A DNA stretch of 64,000 bases, taken from Paraspadella gotoi (taxonomy: Eukaryota > Animalia > Chaetognatha). Below are positions 49,701 to 62,313 of this stretch, piece by piece. The position numbers were made by a program, and so were the translations under genes. Positions within the stretch are counted from its first letter, which is position 1; every line of letters begins with the position of its first letter. The notes under the pieces are model-generated. The model saw nothing but the letters and a program-made list of their open reading frames with translations, ran no database searches and was not told the origin of the DNA. The stretch spans positions 14,935,897 through 14,999,896 of the forward strand of contig CM119268.1 in assembly GCA_051294375.1 (NCBI GenBank), in the 5' to 3' direction.

Positions 49701-49894
49701 CTCTTTTCAGGACAGCAGTGAAGGTTTTGACAGACTCCATGAAAATATTCTACAGATATAAGTGCGTCGGTCACGAGATCCAGAGCGTTGATGATCAAGC
49801 CCGCCGTCGTCTGGAGGATTTTCAGCGTGAACCAGACCGAAGAAAGGAGCGCCAGATGGTGGTGGTGACGTTTAATGACGGTGGGAAGACGCAT
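39701..49894 (-). CDS. XK-related membrane protein with a long cytoplasmic region and C-terminal Kelch repeats; 21-exon model, about 1763 aa
   Basis: XK motifs: DLVTDALISVEYF, WFYLTLLFVYLAS, EAFFENAPQLIIQL, SIVSSFLSLALAVADY, IAARCVLVAAY. Kelch motifs: CYHVAF..IFVWGG, CYLFGG, PRPRWLH..VVYGG..LNDVWAFNL, VFIFGGFNG..SNDLH, LLLVGG, LFVVGG. All 20 junctions are phase-compatible, but some splice sites are weak. Confidence 0.7.
44605..45306. mobile_element. Non-autonomous hAT-type DNA transposon (intronic)
   Basis: TIR TAGGGTTCCAATAACCGTTAA / TTAACGGTTATCGTAACCCTA; 8-bp TSD GTTGGAAC (44597-44604, 45307-45314); many subterminal AACCGTT/AACGGTT motifs. Confidence 0.9.
46791..46918 (-). mobile_element. 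HINE/DINE-like element, same family as 30572-30670
   Basis: Minus strand TTTTTAGTTGCGGCGCAAGTACTCGCGGAGCAACTC, then (GTCG/GTCC)n and GTCTGTCCCACTTACATT; may extend to about 46575. Confidence 0.55.
48647..49253. mobile_element. Foldback TIR element with 8-bp TSD (hAT- or P-like)
   Basis: TIR TAAGGCGTAGT / ACTACGCCTTA; TSD CTGCTGAT (48639-48646, 49254-49261), single in the 63.8-kb copy; long internal imperfect palindrome related to about 60855-61210. Confidence 0.85.
49569..49632. mobile_element. 64-bp mini-MITE with ATAT TSD (Sola1-like)
   Basis: Perfect 24-bp TIR CATCAACGGAATGGACCTATAAAC, 16-bp spacer, ATAT on both sides; the empty site is seen at 63453. Confidence 0.8.
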
Positions 49895-52685
49895 GTTGTT
49901 TAAATCGGTTTAGGTTATCGCGTCGGTCATCCTATATTTTTCATTGAGCAAAATTTGGTCATTATGACCAAATTGGTAAAGATATCATGGAAAACGTCCT
50001 CTTCAATTAGTACGTATTCAATCAATTCAAACCAATCAAATTCAAAGTAATCGATCACAAACAATCCAATAATCTATCAATCAAAGCAATCAAAACATAT
50101 CTCAACGCTGCTATTTTACGAATGCTAAGATTCTAGAGGGATGAAAAAAATAAGTTAACATTTTCATTTACTGTATCAGAAAAGCTGACCGTCCAAGACT
50201 TACCTTGGAGTCAGGACCCAAGCTAAAACGAAAAGCATAGTCATAATCGCCGTTGAATCTCACGTCGAAAAAAAAAACTTCCCTTTTCAAAAACGCATCG
50301 AAAAAGAACGAGGATAACCCATTCAGTTTTTAAACTTCAACGGTGTTTGGCTGCCGAAAATGATCAGAGATGATTTTATTACTCGGATTGCTGCTCATTC
50401 AAATAAAACAACTGTTGTTTAGTAGCGAAAGCTCAACAGCTCGATTTTACTCTGCCTAATCAAGCTAACTGAAAATAACTGACCACAAACTACATGGGGC
50501 TTTGATTTATTTCTTAAGACCATTTTACACATACAGTATAACGGTGTTCGTAAAACTGTTCTTTTAAAATAATTTTTTTTAATTATATCTTAAATCTACA
50601 TTAAATGCAGAAGAAACGGGAGAAAAAATAACGGGACACAAACGTGCAATAATGACAACAAAAATTTGAAAACACGATTTCCGATTAATAACGAAAAGGT
50701 AGAAAAGAGAAAAAAAAAATGAAATAAGGACAAAACCCCATTATTAAACATAAATACAGTACCTGGTGAGTGAATCGACCCTCTGAGCAAACAGCAACGA
50801 TAACGAAGTTCTTAACGTGTGTCTCTTAATAATCTCCCAAAATTATGAGTTAAATTTATGGCCGAGATCAAAGGGTCTTGGACAGTTGTAAAATAAAAAA
50901 ACCGAACTTGATTCATCACATCGAAATTAAGCAAGTCCTAAAAAATACTTGGACAATCGCCTTCCAACTGACAAATGAATTTAGATTTTTAAGAAAAACC
51001 CAGTTTAATTCGTAAATTTCGAATAAAAGGCGTAAATGCTACCGCGCGATAAGCGAATCATTGCGATTTAATCTTGTTTCGTATTGCACGTTTAAATGTT
51101 TTTTTTTGTTTGTTAAAAGAGAAAGTCGCTTAGGGCCTTTCATCGGGTAAAAAAGTTCCGAATAGAAAAAAAAATTGCATAGTTTAAGTCTTTTGTTTGT
51201 CAATAAATCGGACTGTTTATATAAGACTAGAACTAGCGAAAAAAAAGAAGCTAAAGTGAAATGACTTTAAGGCAAACTCCGACCGCTACAGATTTCCAAG
51301 TGCATTATAAGTAATCAACATGAGCGATTTTTTATACAGAAAAGTATTTCGTTTGAGAAAAAGTATATAAAATGGAGAATGTTATCGTAAATTGGACGGT
51401 TATAAACCGAAAAAGAACACGAAAGCTGTGTGAAGATTAAAAACCCTTTTAGATGTTTATACAGTACATTTCATTTAAATTTTTTCCCTGAATTGAAAAA
51501 AAGTTGTGTAGAAAGCAATAAATCAAAAAGCCCATTATAAGAAATATTACAATACGAAAATTAAGTGAATAGAAAGCAAGCCAATTGAGATATATATTAT
51601 ATATAAATGCATTATTTCTCTTCATACATAAATATGAAATTCTAAGCCTCTTTCTTGACTAAAAGTATCAATATACAGCAGAAACATTAAAAGTTAAGGA
51701 AAACACAAGGATGGGGCTTTAAGTGTTAGTGACAGATACATCAGCAATGAACAGAAATTTTTCATTTAACAATTTTTCAATATTTAACGAAAATATCTAA
51801 ACAAAAGAGCTGAAAAAACAATACGCCTCTTCTTGTGTGTTACAGCATAATACAAGCCCAAAATACTTAAAAAAGCCTCTAGTTTAATGTGATTTCTGTA
51901 CAACAAATAAAAAAGATGTAATCAAGCTCTCTTTTTGAAAACAATGAAATAGTAAAAAACTTGAAATTTTTTAGAAAAAAAATAAAAATCTCCGAAAAAT
52001 ACTATTTAATTTCGTTTAGCGCGCTATGAACCTTTTTATTTTCATAATAAGGTATATGAATTTTTTTACTTGAAACGCAAAAAAAATGTATAAGCAAAGT
52101 TGAAACAAAAGGTTTCATGAAACAAAAAAAAAACTGGTAAATGGTTATCCTCACGATCCTCACGTTCCCGGATAACGATAAGTCTACAAAACCGCCTCAG
52201 ATACAGTAGCACTTATTTATTAAGTACTGTCAAAACTGGAATTACGGCTAAATAAGAATATACTAAACTGACTAGGGGGGAAGAAGGGCAACGGGTAACA
52301 TATTGCATCAATGAAATGAGTAACAAAAACGAACAAAACAAAAATTAACCAAGGAAAAACCTGACAGGTGGACGCAGGCAAATGAATACACAAGCTCTGA
52401 AGTATTATAATTTCGGTTTGATTGTGACGCGATCGGATAATCAATGCCTTTAGAATTAAAAATTCATATGCCTTAGAAAAAAAAAATCTCTCCAGGGTAT
52501 TGTTGAATAGCTTTTTCCTTGATCATTTTTGGTCAATAAAAATAAAACAAAATCACGCGCTGCTTTTGTTTAAAATTTAAGTAGTTTGTGTAATTGTTTT
52601 AATTCTGTGTCACCGCGAACCAAAACAGCGCGCAGCGTTATTTATGCTTGGTATTATTAGGTTGGGCGCTGCGGATGTGTACTCT

Positions 52686-55600
52686 TTAATTCGACATTTC
52701 GAAGTAGCGATATGTTGGGTTTTCGTAGCCGTTCATTTGCATATTGTGCACATGACGCTCCTCGGGCGTGAAGCCTGAAAAAAAAGAAAAGTGCATTAAA
52801 ATTAGCTGAATAGTCTTAAAGACCAGTTAGTAGAAAATAACGGAACTATTAAAAAGTACAATAAGTGGAAACATATTTAATGACATTCCCCCTTTGAAAC
52901 CTACTAAGACAACGTGCTAAATTTTAATAACTGTTCAAAAACTTTGTTCACCAGTTCCAAAGATAAGCTTTTTTCAATTAATAATACTCTAAGCCATATT
53001 TTTTAAAACTAACCCTTGGAATCAACTTCGACGAATCCCGTATTGAGCGGCTGCCGTGGCGCCTTTCGCTTTCGAAGGAGAACAATCGCAACGACGAGAA
53101 TCAAAAGAATTCCAGCTCCGGCTGCCAACAGACCGCCCACGGAACCTGTTCAAACAAGCATAGGTTTTAACATACATAATACCACCGATCCATCACAATA
53201 ATAAGATAATTAGGTTCAGATCGCCATTTCGTAAAATTTCGTATCAAACCAGCACAATAAGTCGTCTATCGCGACATGAGAAAAGGCAAAAAAAAGGTAA
53301 GGTCCTGACCTGTGGTCTGATTTCCGGAATGGCGGACGGCTTCCTTGACTTGGTTCTCGCGGTGCACGTTGAACTCGTGGCTGGACATGTGCGCCACGAA
53401 GGGCGCCGGCTTCGTCTTGTGATGCGGCTGCTTCGCCGGCGACGGTCGCATACGCGGATCCTGGCGCGGGAGATTGGTTAGTTAAAATTATATCGAGAAG
53501 TGAAAATGATTAGTAAATAAGTCGGAAATAATAAAAATACTAGTTGACTGTCATTTGGACTAAAAATAGTGGTGATGACGAAACCGACCTCCTCGAGATT
53601 GTGTTCGTCCTCCATCGTTTCCGGGTCGAAGATCTTTTTGGCAGAATCATCGCGGTTCAGTTTAACGCGGACCAGCTGTGTGGCAGACATTTTGGATTGG
53701 AAGGTTAAGAAGGTATTATTAACAATTTTTAATTCCTTTATGGAATATTAATTCTNNNNNNNNNNGCGAACAAAAGGGCATATCGTGGCGAGGCGGACCG
53801 ATATGAGAATTGGTCAGTAATTTTAAATAATCTTTACTAGACAAAGAAACTCATCTTCACATCATTACATTAAATACATTACAATTATTTGGATATAATT
53901 TTTTAAACGTTACATACATTTAGATGCCTTCTCATTCCCCATTATACATAAGTTAGTTTCTCACCCCGGGCGGTGCGTTGCCATTATGCCCCTCCTCTTC
54001 TTCATCTTCCTCGTCATCTTCGTCATCCTCGTCTTCCTCATATTCTTCCTCGTCGTCATCGAATTCGTCGTCAGACGAGTCTGGGATCTGGTGTTTCAAA
54101 AGAAGAAATTAATAGAGTCAGGGAAGTGCCTTTATGCACTTTAATTTTTTGTATGTTTTTAATCTTCTTTCGAACTCCTGATTTAATGGACCAAAATCGG
54201 ACGTACAAAAAATTTAAATTACGATTAACCACGTCCATTTTCTCCGGCAGAGCGCTGACATCCCCTCCTCAATCCTCATGCCCCCTATAATTTCTTTACT
54301 TAAATATGTTGGGCCTACATATTTAAGTAAAGAAAATTCCTCCCTGGAGAATATTACACTTATTCTTAGACGACTCGCCTCATCTCTGTTCATGTCGTTA
54401 ATCATAGCGGCGGCTTGTTCATCCACGAGTCGTTTCCTCTCCTTCTCCCTGAGCGCGTTGACCCGGTTCTCCTCCTCCTTTCTCCTCCTCGCCGCCTCCT
54501 CCGCCTCTTTCTTCTTCATCGCCTCCTCCTGGAATTTCTCCAGGATTTCGTCCGCAGAAGGAGAGAGATCGTCCTGCAATTGGGGGTAAGAAAGGAAATT
54601 GACAAATTGAAATAAAGAAAAATGTTGAACTTGATAAACTTGATAAACAGTTAAACACGGAACAAGAAATCAGTTCACACGTTCACTAGTCAAAAGTAAA
54701 CGAAAATCCTACTATAAAATATTGGTTATTTTTATACGTCCTACTGGTGGTACCTGGTTACTTGTCCCTTTTGCTAGAAATAAATATTTTAAATATCCAA
54801 GTTTTGAACCACTCGTTCACCTTGACTTCCTCCATCATCAGATGCTCGTCCTCGTCGACATCCGAGTAGGAATTGAGCAGTTCGTCGATGTCCGGCCTAA
54901 TCTCCTTGGCCACGCTGGCGGGCATGGCATCGACGCGGGCGAGATAAGATTGAATTCGACGATCGATATTGCGCAGTCGATCCGTCATCAGTGGATGAAC
55001 CCTCTCGGCCTCTTCGGGGTTGGTATTGCGCAAGTGCTGAAATCTGTAGTGGAAATTGAAAAGTTTAAAGTTTTTCTACTGGGGGCATTAAAGGAGTTTT
55101 TACAAAGGTCTACCATACCGATTGATGATGTGGATGCGGTCCTTCTCTTCTGCCTTAACGTAAGAGATGACGGCTCTGAGGATCTTCTTTGGCTGCGGCT
55201 TCGTCGACGTCAGCGCGAGGTTCAGTTCCTCCATTGTCTTTCGCTTACGCTCGTTGAGACTAGCGTCAACGCGGGCCTGCAAGAGAGATTTAATAATCAA
55301 GAGGACCCGTAGACGACGAGTTATGTTCCACAGTCATTATCTATTATCAATTTGAAAAAAAAAAGAAGCCTACCCGATGCCTGGCGACGATTTGCTTCTT
55401 CTCAGCAGCCCCCTCTGCCTCAACAGCGTCGTAGGTCTTCTTGTACCGAGCGTTGATTTCCCGGTTCAGCTTCTCTGCGCCCTTAATGTCGCCTTTGTTT
55501 CGCATCTCTTGCACCTAATTGGAAAATCAAATAAGAGGAGAAAAAAGTAAAAAAAAGAAAAAAAGAATTAACTTCAGGAAAACCTGACGACGATACGAGT

Positions 55601-58600
55601 GACAGCCTTGTTTATTAAAATTTCATACCTGCATTCGTGCGTTGGTAAAGTCCTTAACGATGCCAGAAACTGTCTCCTCGTATTTTTGCTTCCATAATCT
55701 CGTTTCGTCAAGAAATCGCGTGTGTTCGTTGCGGTAGTGATGCGGTGCAATAGCCTCTGCATGTTCGCCCCAATGACCCAATAAGTGAGGCTTGAGCGGA
55801 GTTTCCTGGGAGGGTATAAACATGGAAATAGTAAAGATTAAAACCAAGACATAGCCGCTGCTAGCTAGTTTAGCGACTTAACAATAAAAATATTATAAAC
55901 CCATTTTTATACTTGTGAAAACAAATTAAAACAGATATAAATAAAAATAAAATGTTAAGACTGATGAAAACGACCAACTATGAAATTTAAAGGTATGACA
56001 GTTTATTCTACCGCAATCGGATTTCAAGAGATTTGTCAGAACGACGAAAGAAACGATAAATTCGCCAACAGCGTCGTCGTCACTCTAAAGACAGCAAATT
56101 TCGAAAAAAAGAGGGGAAAAAATTGGAAAAAGTAAAAAAAAGGAACGCACGGAATAAAGCAGTTTCTAATAAGCTAAAATCTCAAGAGAATGATCTAAAA
56201 ATTGCGTTAAGGGAGAGATCATAAAACTTGGAAAACTAATCCTGTCTGTTTCGATCCAAGCTGGAACCTACGAGAAGGCATTCCTTTCTGCGACGCAAAT
56301 CAGTATGCTCGTGCCACGACTGAATCATTTCTCTCTCTCTCTCTCTCTCTCTCCCCGACCGAAACCTTACCCGTTTTTTCTCTCGCACGCAGCAGAAATA
56401 CTGCAGCTCGCTCTGCCAGGCTTCTCTCTCTTTCCGCCTTGCTCTTCTAAGTGTTTCGGATCGATTTGAGAGATAAACTTGCGAGGTTTGTTTCATCAAG
56501 CTGCCTCTGACTCGCTTTGTCTATAAATCCAGGTGGTCGTATTTTTTTTCTCCATTATTATAAAAAAATTAGATTCGGCCAAGAGAAAAGATTTTAAATT
56601 TAATGCGATCCCAACAGCAAGGCCCTTTCCCTACGGGACCAGAAAAAGAAAAGCAGATCTCCGACATTGAAAATCCCACGCGCAAAATGCGCTACAAGGG
56701 AAGTGGAACAAAAAGAAAAATGAGGAGAAAAGCAAAGAATGAGGAGGAAAGATCTTTCCCTATTTTCTACTCCCTCTGACCGCCACCCTAACCTTTCCCC
56801 ACTAGACCGTTCCCCTGTCAAACCGCTGAGGCAGAATTTCTTTCAGATGAACGGCGCCGTTTGTCATTTGCGGCGCGTTTCGACAAGTTAGGATCGACGT
56901 CGACTCATGAACGTGTCTCCGACTCCGAGAGGATAATTAACGAGATTAAAAGCAACGAATAGAAACTTGAAAAAAACAACTATTTCTAAAGACGTAAGAT
57001 ATCCAACGAGTCTTTATTATTATCAGGCCTATTTATGTCGTTCCCGCAGTAAGTCGTTAAAAATACATTAGCGAAAAGAATTTCATTCGAAAAAAATTTC
57101 AGTGTGTTAATCACTTAATGAATAAATTTGTCGGGAAATAAAAATTATTCAAAAGAAACTATATGACGTATGTGAGTATATGACTGTATGACGTTCAAAG
57201 ACAACTGGAAAACTGATTGCAAATGAAGTCGTCAGAGAGGGAAATAGCTTGCCACACAAACAGCTAACAATAATACGACCGCTTTCCCTTTTCAAAAAAG
57301 CGCTTCATGACCGCCACGCGATTCTCTGACCCACAAGCGAAAAATCCTCTTTCGTCGATACCGACCCAACGAATCGTGACCCCCTTTCAACAACCCACTT
57401 CATCCATCTTCCCTGCGACCACGAAAAAGGAGAGAAAGAAGTTGCGTCAAAAAAGGAGGCGAGGAAAGAATATTTCCGCATCGGCGCAGGAAACGTCGAC
57501 CTTTTGACATAAACGTCTTTCCATTAATACACCGTCTTAAAGTGTTTTTTCCTCTCAGCCACAGAATTGTAAGACTATACAACGAATCGTATTTTTTAAA
57601 TAAAATAAACTCATTTAATTTAATATTAAATATTTATTATAATAATAATAGTTATAATAATAATAACAATTTAATTCATTGGCAAATAGCCAGCTGTGCT
57701 ACAATGTCCCATAAGAAGAAAAGAGCCATGCAGTTACCTGTGTTTTCGGATGAATTTGCTGCTTGGATGGTTTGGGAGTTCTTCCCGTTTCGTGAACGCC
57801 TCCCATCGGGATATGCGGTTGTTTCTCTATTGAATTGTATGGAGGGAGGAAGAGAAGGTGGGGGAAGAAAGGGAAACGAGAAGATATAAAGGGAGAAAGC
57901 AAAAGAGAATAGTAAAAGGGGAGAGAGACGAAAAGAGGAGGGAAAGAGGGTATTTATAAAGAGATGATATATAGAGAATATTTCGAACGTCACAACGCCT
58001 GTGATCTTTCTCGATTTTAGAATCATGTGATGCAGCGAACTCCTTATTCCCCTAGTTCTCGACACGAAAGCCTAAATAGCGTCCACCCCCGGAGATTCGA
58101 CATATTAAATTACAAGGTTTTACATAACGAACTTTCAATAATTTTTAAAAAGTCAACCGAGCCAAAGTAGCACAGAAAATAAGTTTATAAAAAAATCCAA
58201 ATCTACGATTAAACCATTCAAAAAACTGCCACTGGCCTCCTCTCCTCGTAAATCAAACTCCCTTTTCAAACACGACATCTCCTCCGCTCGGAAGCGTTCC
58301 GCGTTTCTCTTGGTTATTTGATCGATGGGGAAAGACCGTGTTGTTTACGTCGGCAAGATCAATCCAACCGCGTTTTAATATATGCTCTCAAAATCAATGT
58401 CCTCGGTAGCGTTTTATAAGAAAATGCTTTGGCCAGTATCCAAAAAATTGTTCAAAGCTAGCTGACTCTGTCCCCATACCGCCTGAGATAACAATCATTT
58501 CTAAAGTTAGGATAAGCGAAGTGGTTATCCTGTCAACTATCAAATCGAGTTACTTCCCTAGGAGACTGAGACGATACATCAAACACTCACCAGTCATCCT

Positions 58601-59534
58601 CTTAGGTATGTCCTTTTCGTGGCAGCAAACATATTCCACGCCCTGCCACTCGTCGAGGCCGCACGCCAGAAGCGGCGAATAAGAAAACATTCTGAAGGAG
58701 GAGCCGTAGGTCCGTTCGCACGAGGCCCGCGCCGTGATATTCCAGAACTGCATGTCGAGACAGGAACGCCAAAATTTGTAGAGGCGCTGGGAGTCCGAGT
58801 TGGGAAAGCGCTTGAAGGGCGTGGCCTTATCGCGCGCCGCCAGGGCATCCAGGTGGAAATCGACATCGCGGTTCGATTTGGCCAACTTTTCCAAAAACTC
58901 GGAAGCGTCCTTGCGTCCCTGGCGGGGTAGAGTAATAATCGTATTTTTAGCAATTTTTAACAATTTTTTTATGTCAGACCTTTGACTCTTATGTTAATTT
59001 GCCATTGCCCAGTCAACAAACCTGCGGGAGATGCAGATGGTTGAAATGACAGCGATCGGGAACGAGAAGAGCGTCACTCTGGAAGGGGCCGACGAGACAC
59101 CTCCAAGGTCGTACGTAAACGCTTTTGGGACAAACGTTGAGGCCTTTGGGACACCAGTTGTTGATCTCTACTTCCTCTCCCTCCATCACGTTGGTCACGT
59201 CTTTTTCGTGATAGACCTTTGGAGAGAAAAAGACAAATGCCGTATAAGACTTATACGTGAATTCTTCTCGTTGATAACTAACCTTTTTGCAATATTTGTA
59301 GATGAGGACTTTGGTGAAATTGGTGTCCATTTCGTCGTCGGCCATCGGGTCAGGACGCCAAACGTGACTTCGTCCTTCGGGGTCATTGGGGTTTACCCGG
59401 AGGTGAAGAACGGGGTAGCCGCGCTTGATGGCCACCAGAGGCTCGAAGTTGTCCTTGTGAGCCTCCAGGTCGGGCGTGGAAGAGGCAAGCGCGACCAACG
59501 CCGAGACCAGCGCAAAAAACAACTCTCCCCGCAT
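52686..59534 (-). CDS. APP: Amyloid precursor protein family member (APP/APPL), multi-exon; one N gap at 53756-53765
   Basis: Signal peptide; E1 ([53 protein letters not shown]); E2 ([23 protein letters not shown]); TM helix; FVEVD; [24 protein letters not shown]. Confidence 0.95.
54291..54335. repeat. Perfect 19-bp inverted repeat in an APP intron
   Basis: TTTCTTTACTTAAATATGT-7 nt-ACATATTTAAGTAAAGAAA. Confidence 0.9.
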
Positions 59535-60174
59535 TTTCGGTCGACGGTTACCGAAGTTTCTTTATTTCTTGCCTTCTAAAAAGGTTTTACGTAGTAGTTT
59601 TTGTTTCAGGATTTTGGACAAGAGAGAATCGTGTTTATTATTCAGTTTTGCAATTTTCAAGCTTAGGAGACTGAGAAAAAAAAGATTGATATTTTGGTTT
59701 TTGGAGTATTTTGAAATTAATTATAAGAAAACTCAAAAATCAACTGTTCAAAATAAAATTCCACCACAATATTTTGATATAAACAATGAACCAAGAATTT
59801 TCAGCTCCTATGAAATTTTTTTGTTTAAATCTAATATTTTTAATCCACAAAGAAAAAAATAAAACACCCCCTACTCCCCCCCCCAAAAAAAAGCAGTATC
59901 AAAACTATAATATAACCACCAAAGCCTGTCCAAAGTCAGGGGTAAGAAAGTTTATTTATTAAATGATTGGATAATTTTTATATTGGTTGTACCAATTTCA
60001 TAAATTTTAAAGTATTGTCAGAGTCGAATTCCGCTCCTCCCCACTTCGTTGAGGAAAAATGGCGACTTGGGAAATTACGTGGATGACGGAAACTTCAACA
60101 GCCGCAGAGCCGCTGCAGCGCGGGGACGGAAGGAGGAAGGTATGCCTCTCTCGACAAGAGCAGGCGCATCGCTT

Positions 60175-60220
60175 CACCCCATTGGCTTATTCGCATCATC
60201 CAATGACCCTCATTGGACGC
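60175..60220. promoter_or_regulatory. Cluster of three CCAAT boxes in a GC-rich patch upstream of APP
   Basis: ATTGG, CCAAT and ATTGG within about 40 bp, roughly 650 bp upstream of the APP ATG; function is inferred. Confidence 0.3.
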
Positions 60221-60854
60221 GGGCTCTTTGATTTTAACTCACCTCAACCCTTGGTTGGTCGAATTCCGCACGCTGGAATTGTTGTGGATACATTCCAGAC
60301 GACGGTAAGATAGATTAGGGCCATTGGCAGTTTCGGATAAAGTCTAGGCAGCGGTTGGACCATAAAAGGATTTTCCTATTATTCCTCAACTCATCCGCGA
60401 AAAGAAACAAGAGATAAAAAAACATGGGAGCCGGATTAAGCGAGACAGAGAGAAGTAGGGTCTAACTAGCCTCCGTATCCTAGATACGAGAAACGTAATA
60501 GCTCACTCCTCTTTCCAAAGGCGACATTAAAAGAAGTTCAATGGCCATAAAACCTAAAATCAAAACAATTCTATGAGGTGAAAATGGTGAGAAACACTGA
60601 CTGAGAATGAGGAAGAATCATAACGGAAGGAAGGCCTAAAACAGCGAGAGCGATAAAAATAAATAACTACACTTATAGGTTTGTAAATAAATAAATAACG
60701 CTCTCGTGGAAAATAGAGTTGACTACCCAGTAGAGTGATGTGAAAATGATAAAATTTTAAAAAATTAAAATTTAGCATATAAAACGTAAAAATAAAAACC
60801 AATAAAAATATTTTGATAAATTTATTTTTTTAATTTTATACAGTAGTGGGCACC

Positions 60855-61210
60855 AGTGAGCTATATTTATATATAATAATAAGTATATAATAAGCTAAAA
60901 TTTCAAATTTTAAAATTGGATTTGGATTCCTTACAAAAAGTTGATATAAGAAAGTATAATTTTTTTAAAAAAATTATTTCATTAAGTTGGTTAAAAATAT
61001 AAAAAACTATATTTAAAACATTAATTTTTAATTTAAAAATAATTTTTTTATAATTTTAACCTATATAATGACAATTTTTAAAAAAGATTTTTATTTTTTT
61101 TTATCAACTTTTAACAAGGAATTTAAATCTGTTCTCAGAATTAAAAAAAATAGTTTGAAATTTTGACATTATATAAGGGTAATACTATATACAAAATAAA
61201 CTAACTGGGT
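60855..61210. mobile_element. Degenerate foldback element related to 48750-49135
   Basis: Shares GATTTG.ATTCCT...AAAAGTTGATA.AAGAAA and TTTCATTAAGT.GGTTAAAAAT together with their inverted counterparts. Confidence 0.6.
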
Positions 61211-62313
61211 TACTATATTTATAAAAAAAATAATTATAGATTAATATTTATTAATATAATAGTTTTTAAAATATAACTGCTAAATTTTGATTCCAAACTT
61301 TAAATTCACCCTACTACCGAAGGATCTTAAAAATTTGAGACGCGACTAATTTTTCGTATTTATTCGCCCCTAGATGTTAGGAATTGTTAGCGTGTTAAGT
61401 GTAAAATAAAAAATATTTGAAACATTGGTCGAAGAATTTTCTGGTAATTTAATAAACTTAATTTTGCTCATTTACTTTTAAAGGGCAGCGAAACATTATA
61501 AAATTCATGAACCTTAATTTAAAGCTACAAAAGAAATACTTATTGATGGTCTTACTCATTAAAGGTAAATTACTTAATATAAATTACGAAAAATATAAGA
61601 CGAGGTAAAAAAGATTGAGATAAGACTCATTGACAGTCTTCCCGAGATCGAACAATTCTCTAAATCAGTCACAAAAAGGTCCACTCCAGTCTCCATGACC
61701 GGTTTTCCTCCAATTGCAAGTGGCGAGTTTGGTTCGGGCCATTAACCCGGTAAAATAACCGTAAAAAAGCTTACCGATCTTAAGAAGAGGCTTTGGTTCA
61801 AAACTCGACTGTTAACATATAAAATAATCTGGTGAAGCGGCTTATCATCACCTAGCCCTATTACTAGATCGTGGGGTTATTAAATTTGAAAGAAAATAAC
61901 ACAAAATTTAAATTTGAGTTAAAACTTGGTGGTAAATTTTATTCTGCGAAAATTTCGGCCAGCAATAACCTGCAAATTTAAAAAAAAAGCTGACGGAATG
62001 AATGAAGTATATCCGCTAAGGGTGACTCTGTAAAAACTACTTCATGTTTAAATAAAAAGTAAAACTAATATTTACATTTTTTCTCTCTTAATTTCAATCT
62101 ATTAATCATTAAGGATTAAGCTTTAATAGAATTACCTTTAGTAAACAGTTACTCCATATTGAAAATGCATAAAAAAAACTAAACCACGACTAGTACTGAT
62201 ATCTCCTTGGAACTTTAATGTTAACGATGACATTTTAAAAAGCTGTCACTAACTTAGTAAATCACGAAGTCTCGTCAATGGCACAAACGATTTCATGTAA
62301 AGTAGACTAAGAA

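Noticed and set aside
50600-52680. Long AT-rich region without ORFs
   Set aside because: Consistent with an APP 3' UTR; no structure I can support.
54278-54340. Peptide [14 protein letters not shown] appearing on both strands
   Set aside because: A consequence of the intronic palindrome, not coding.
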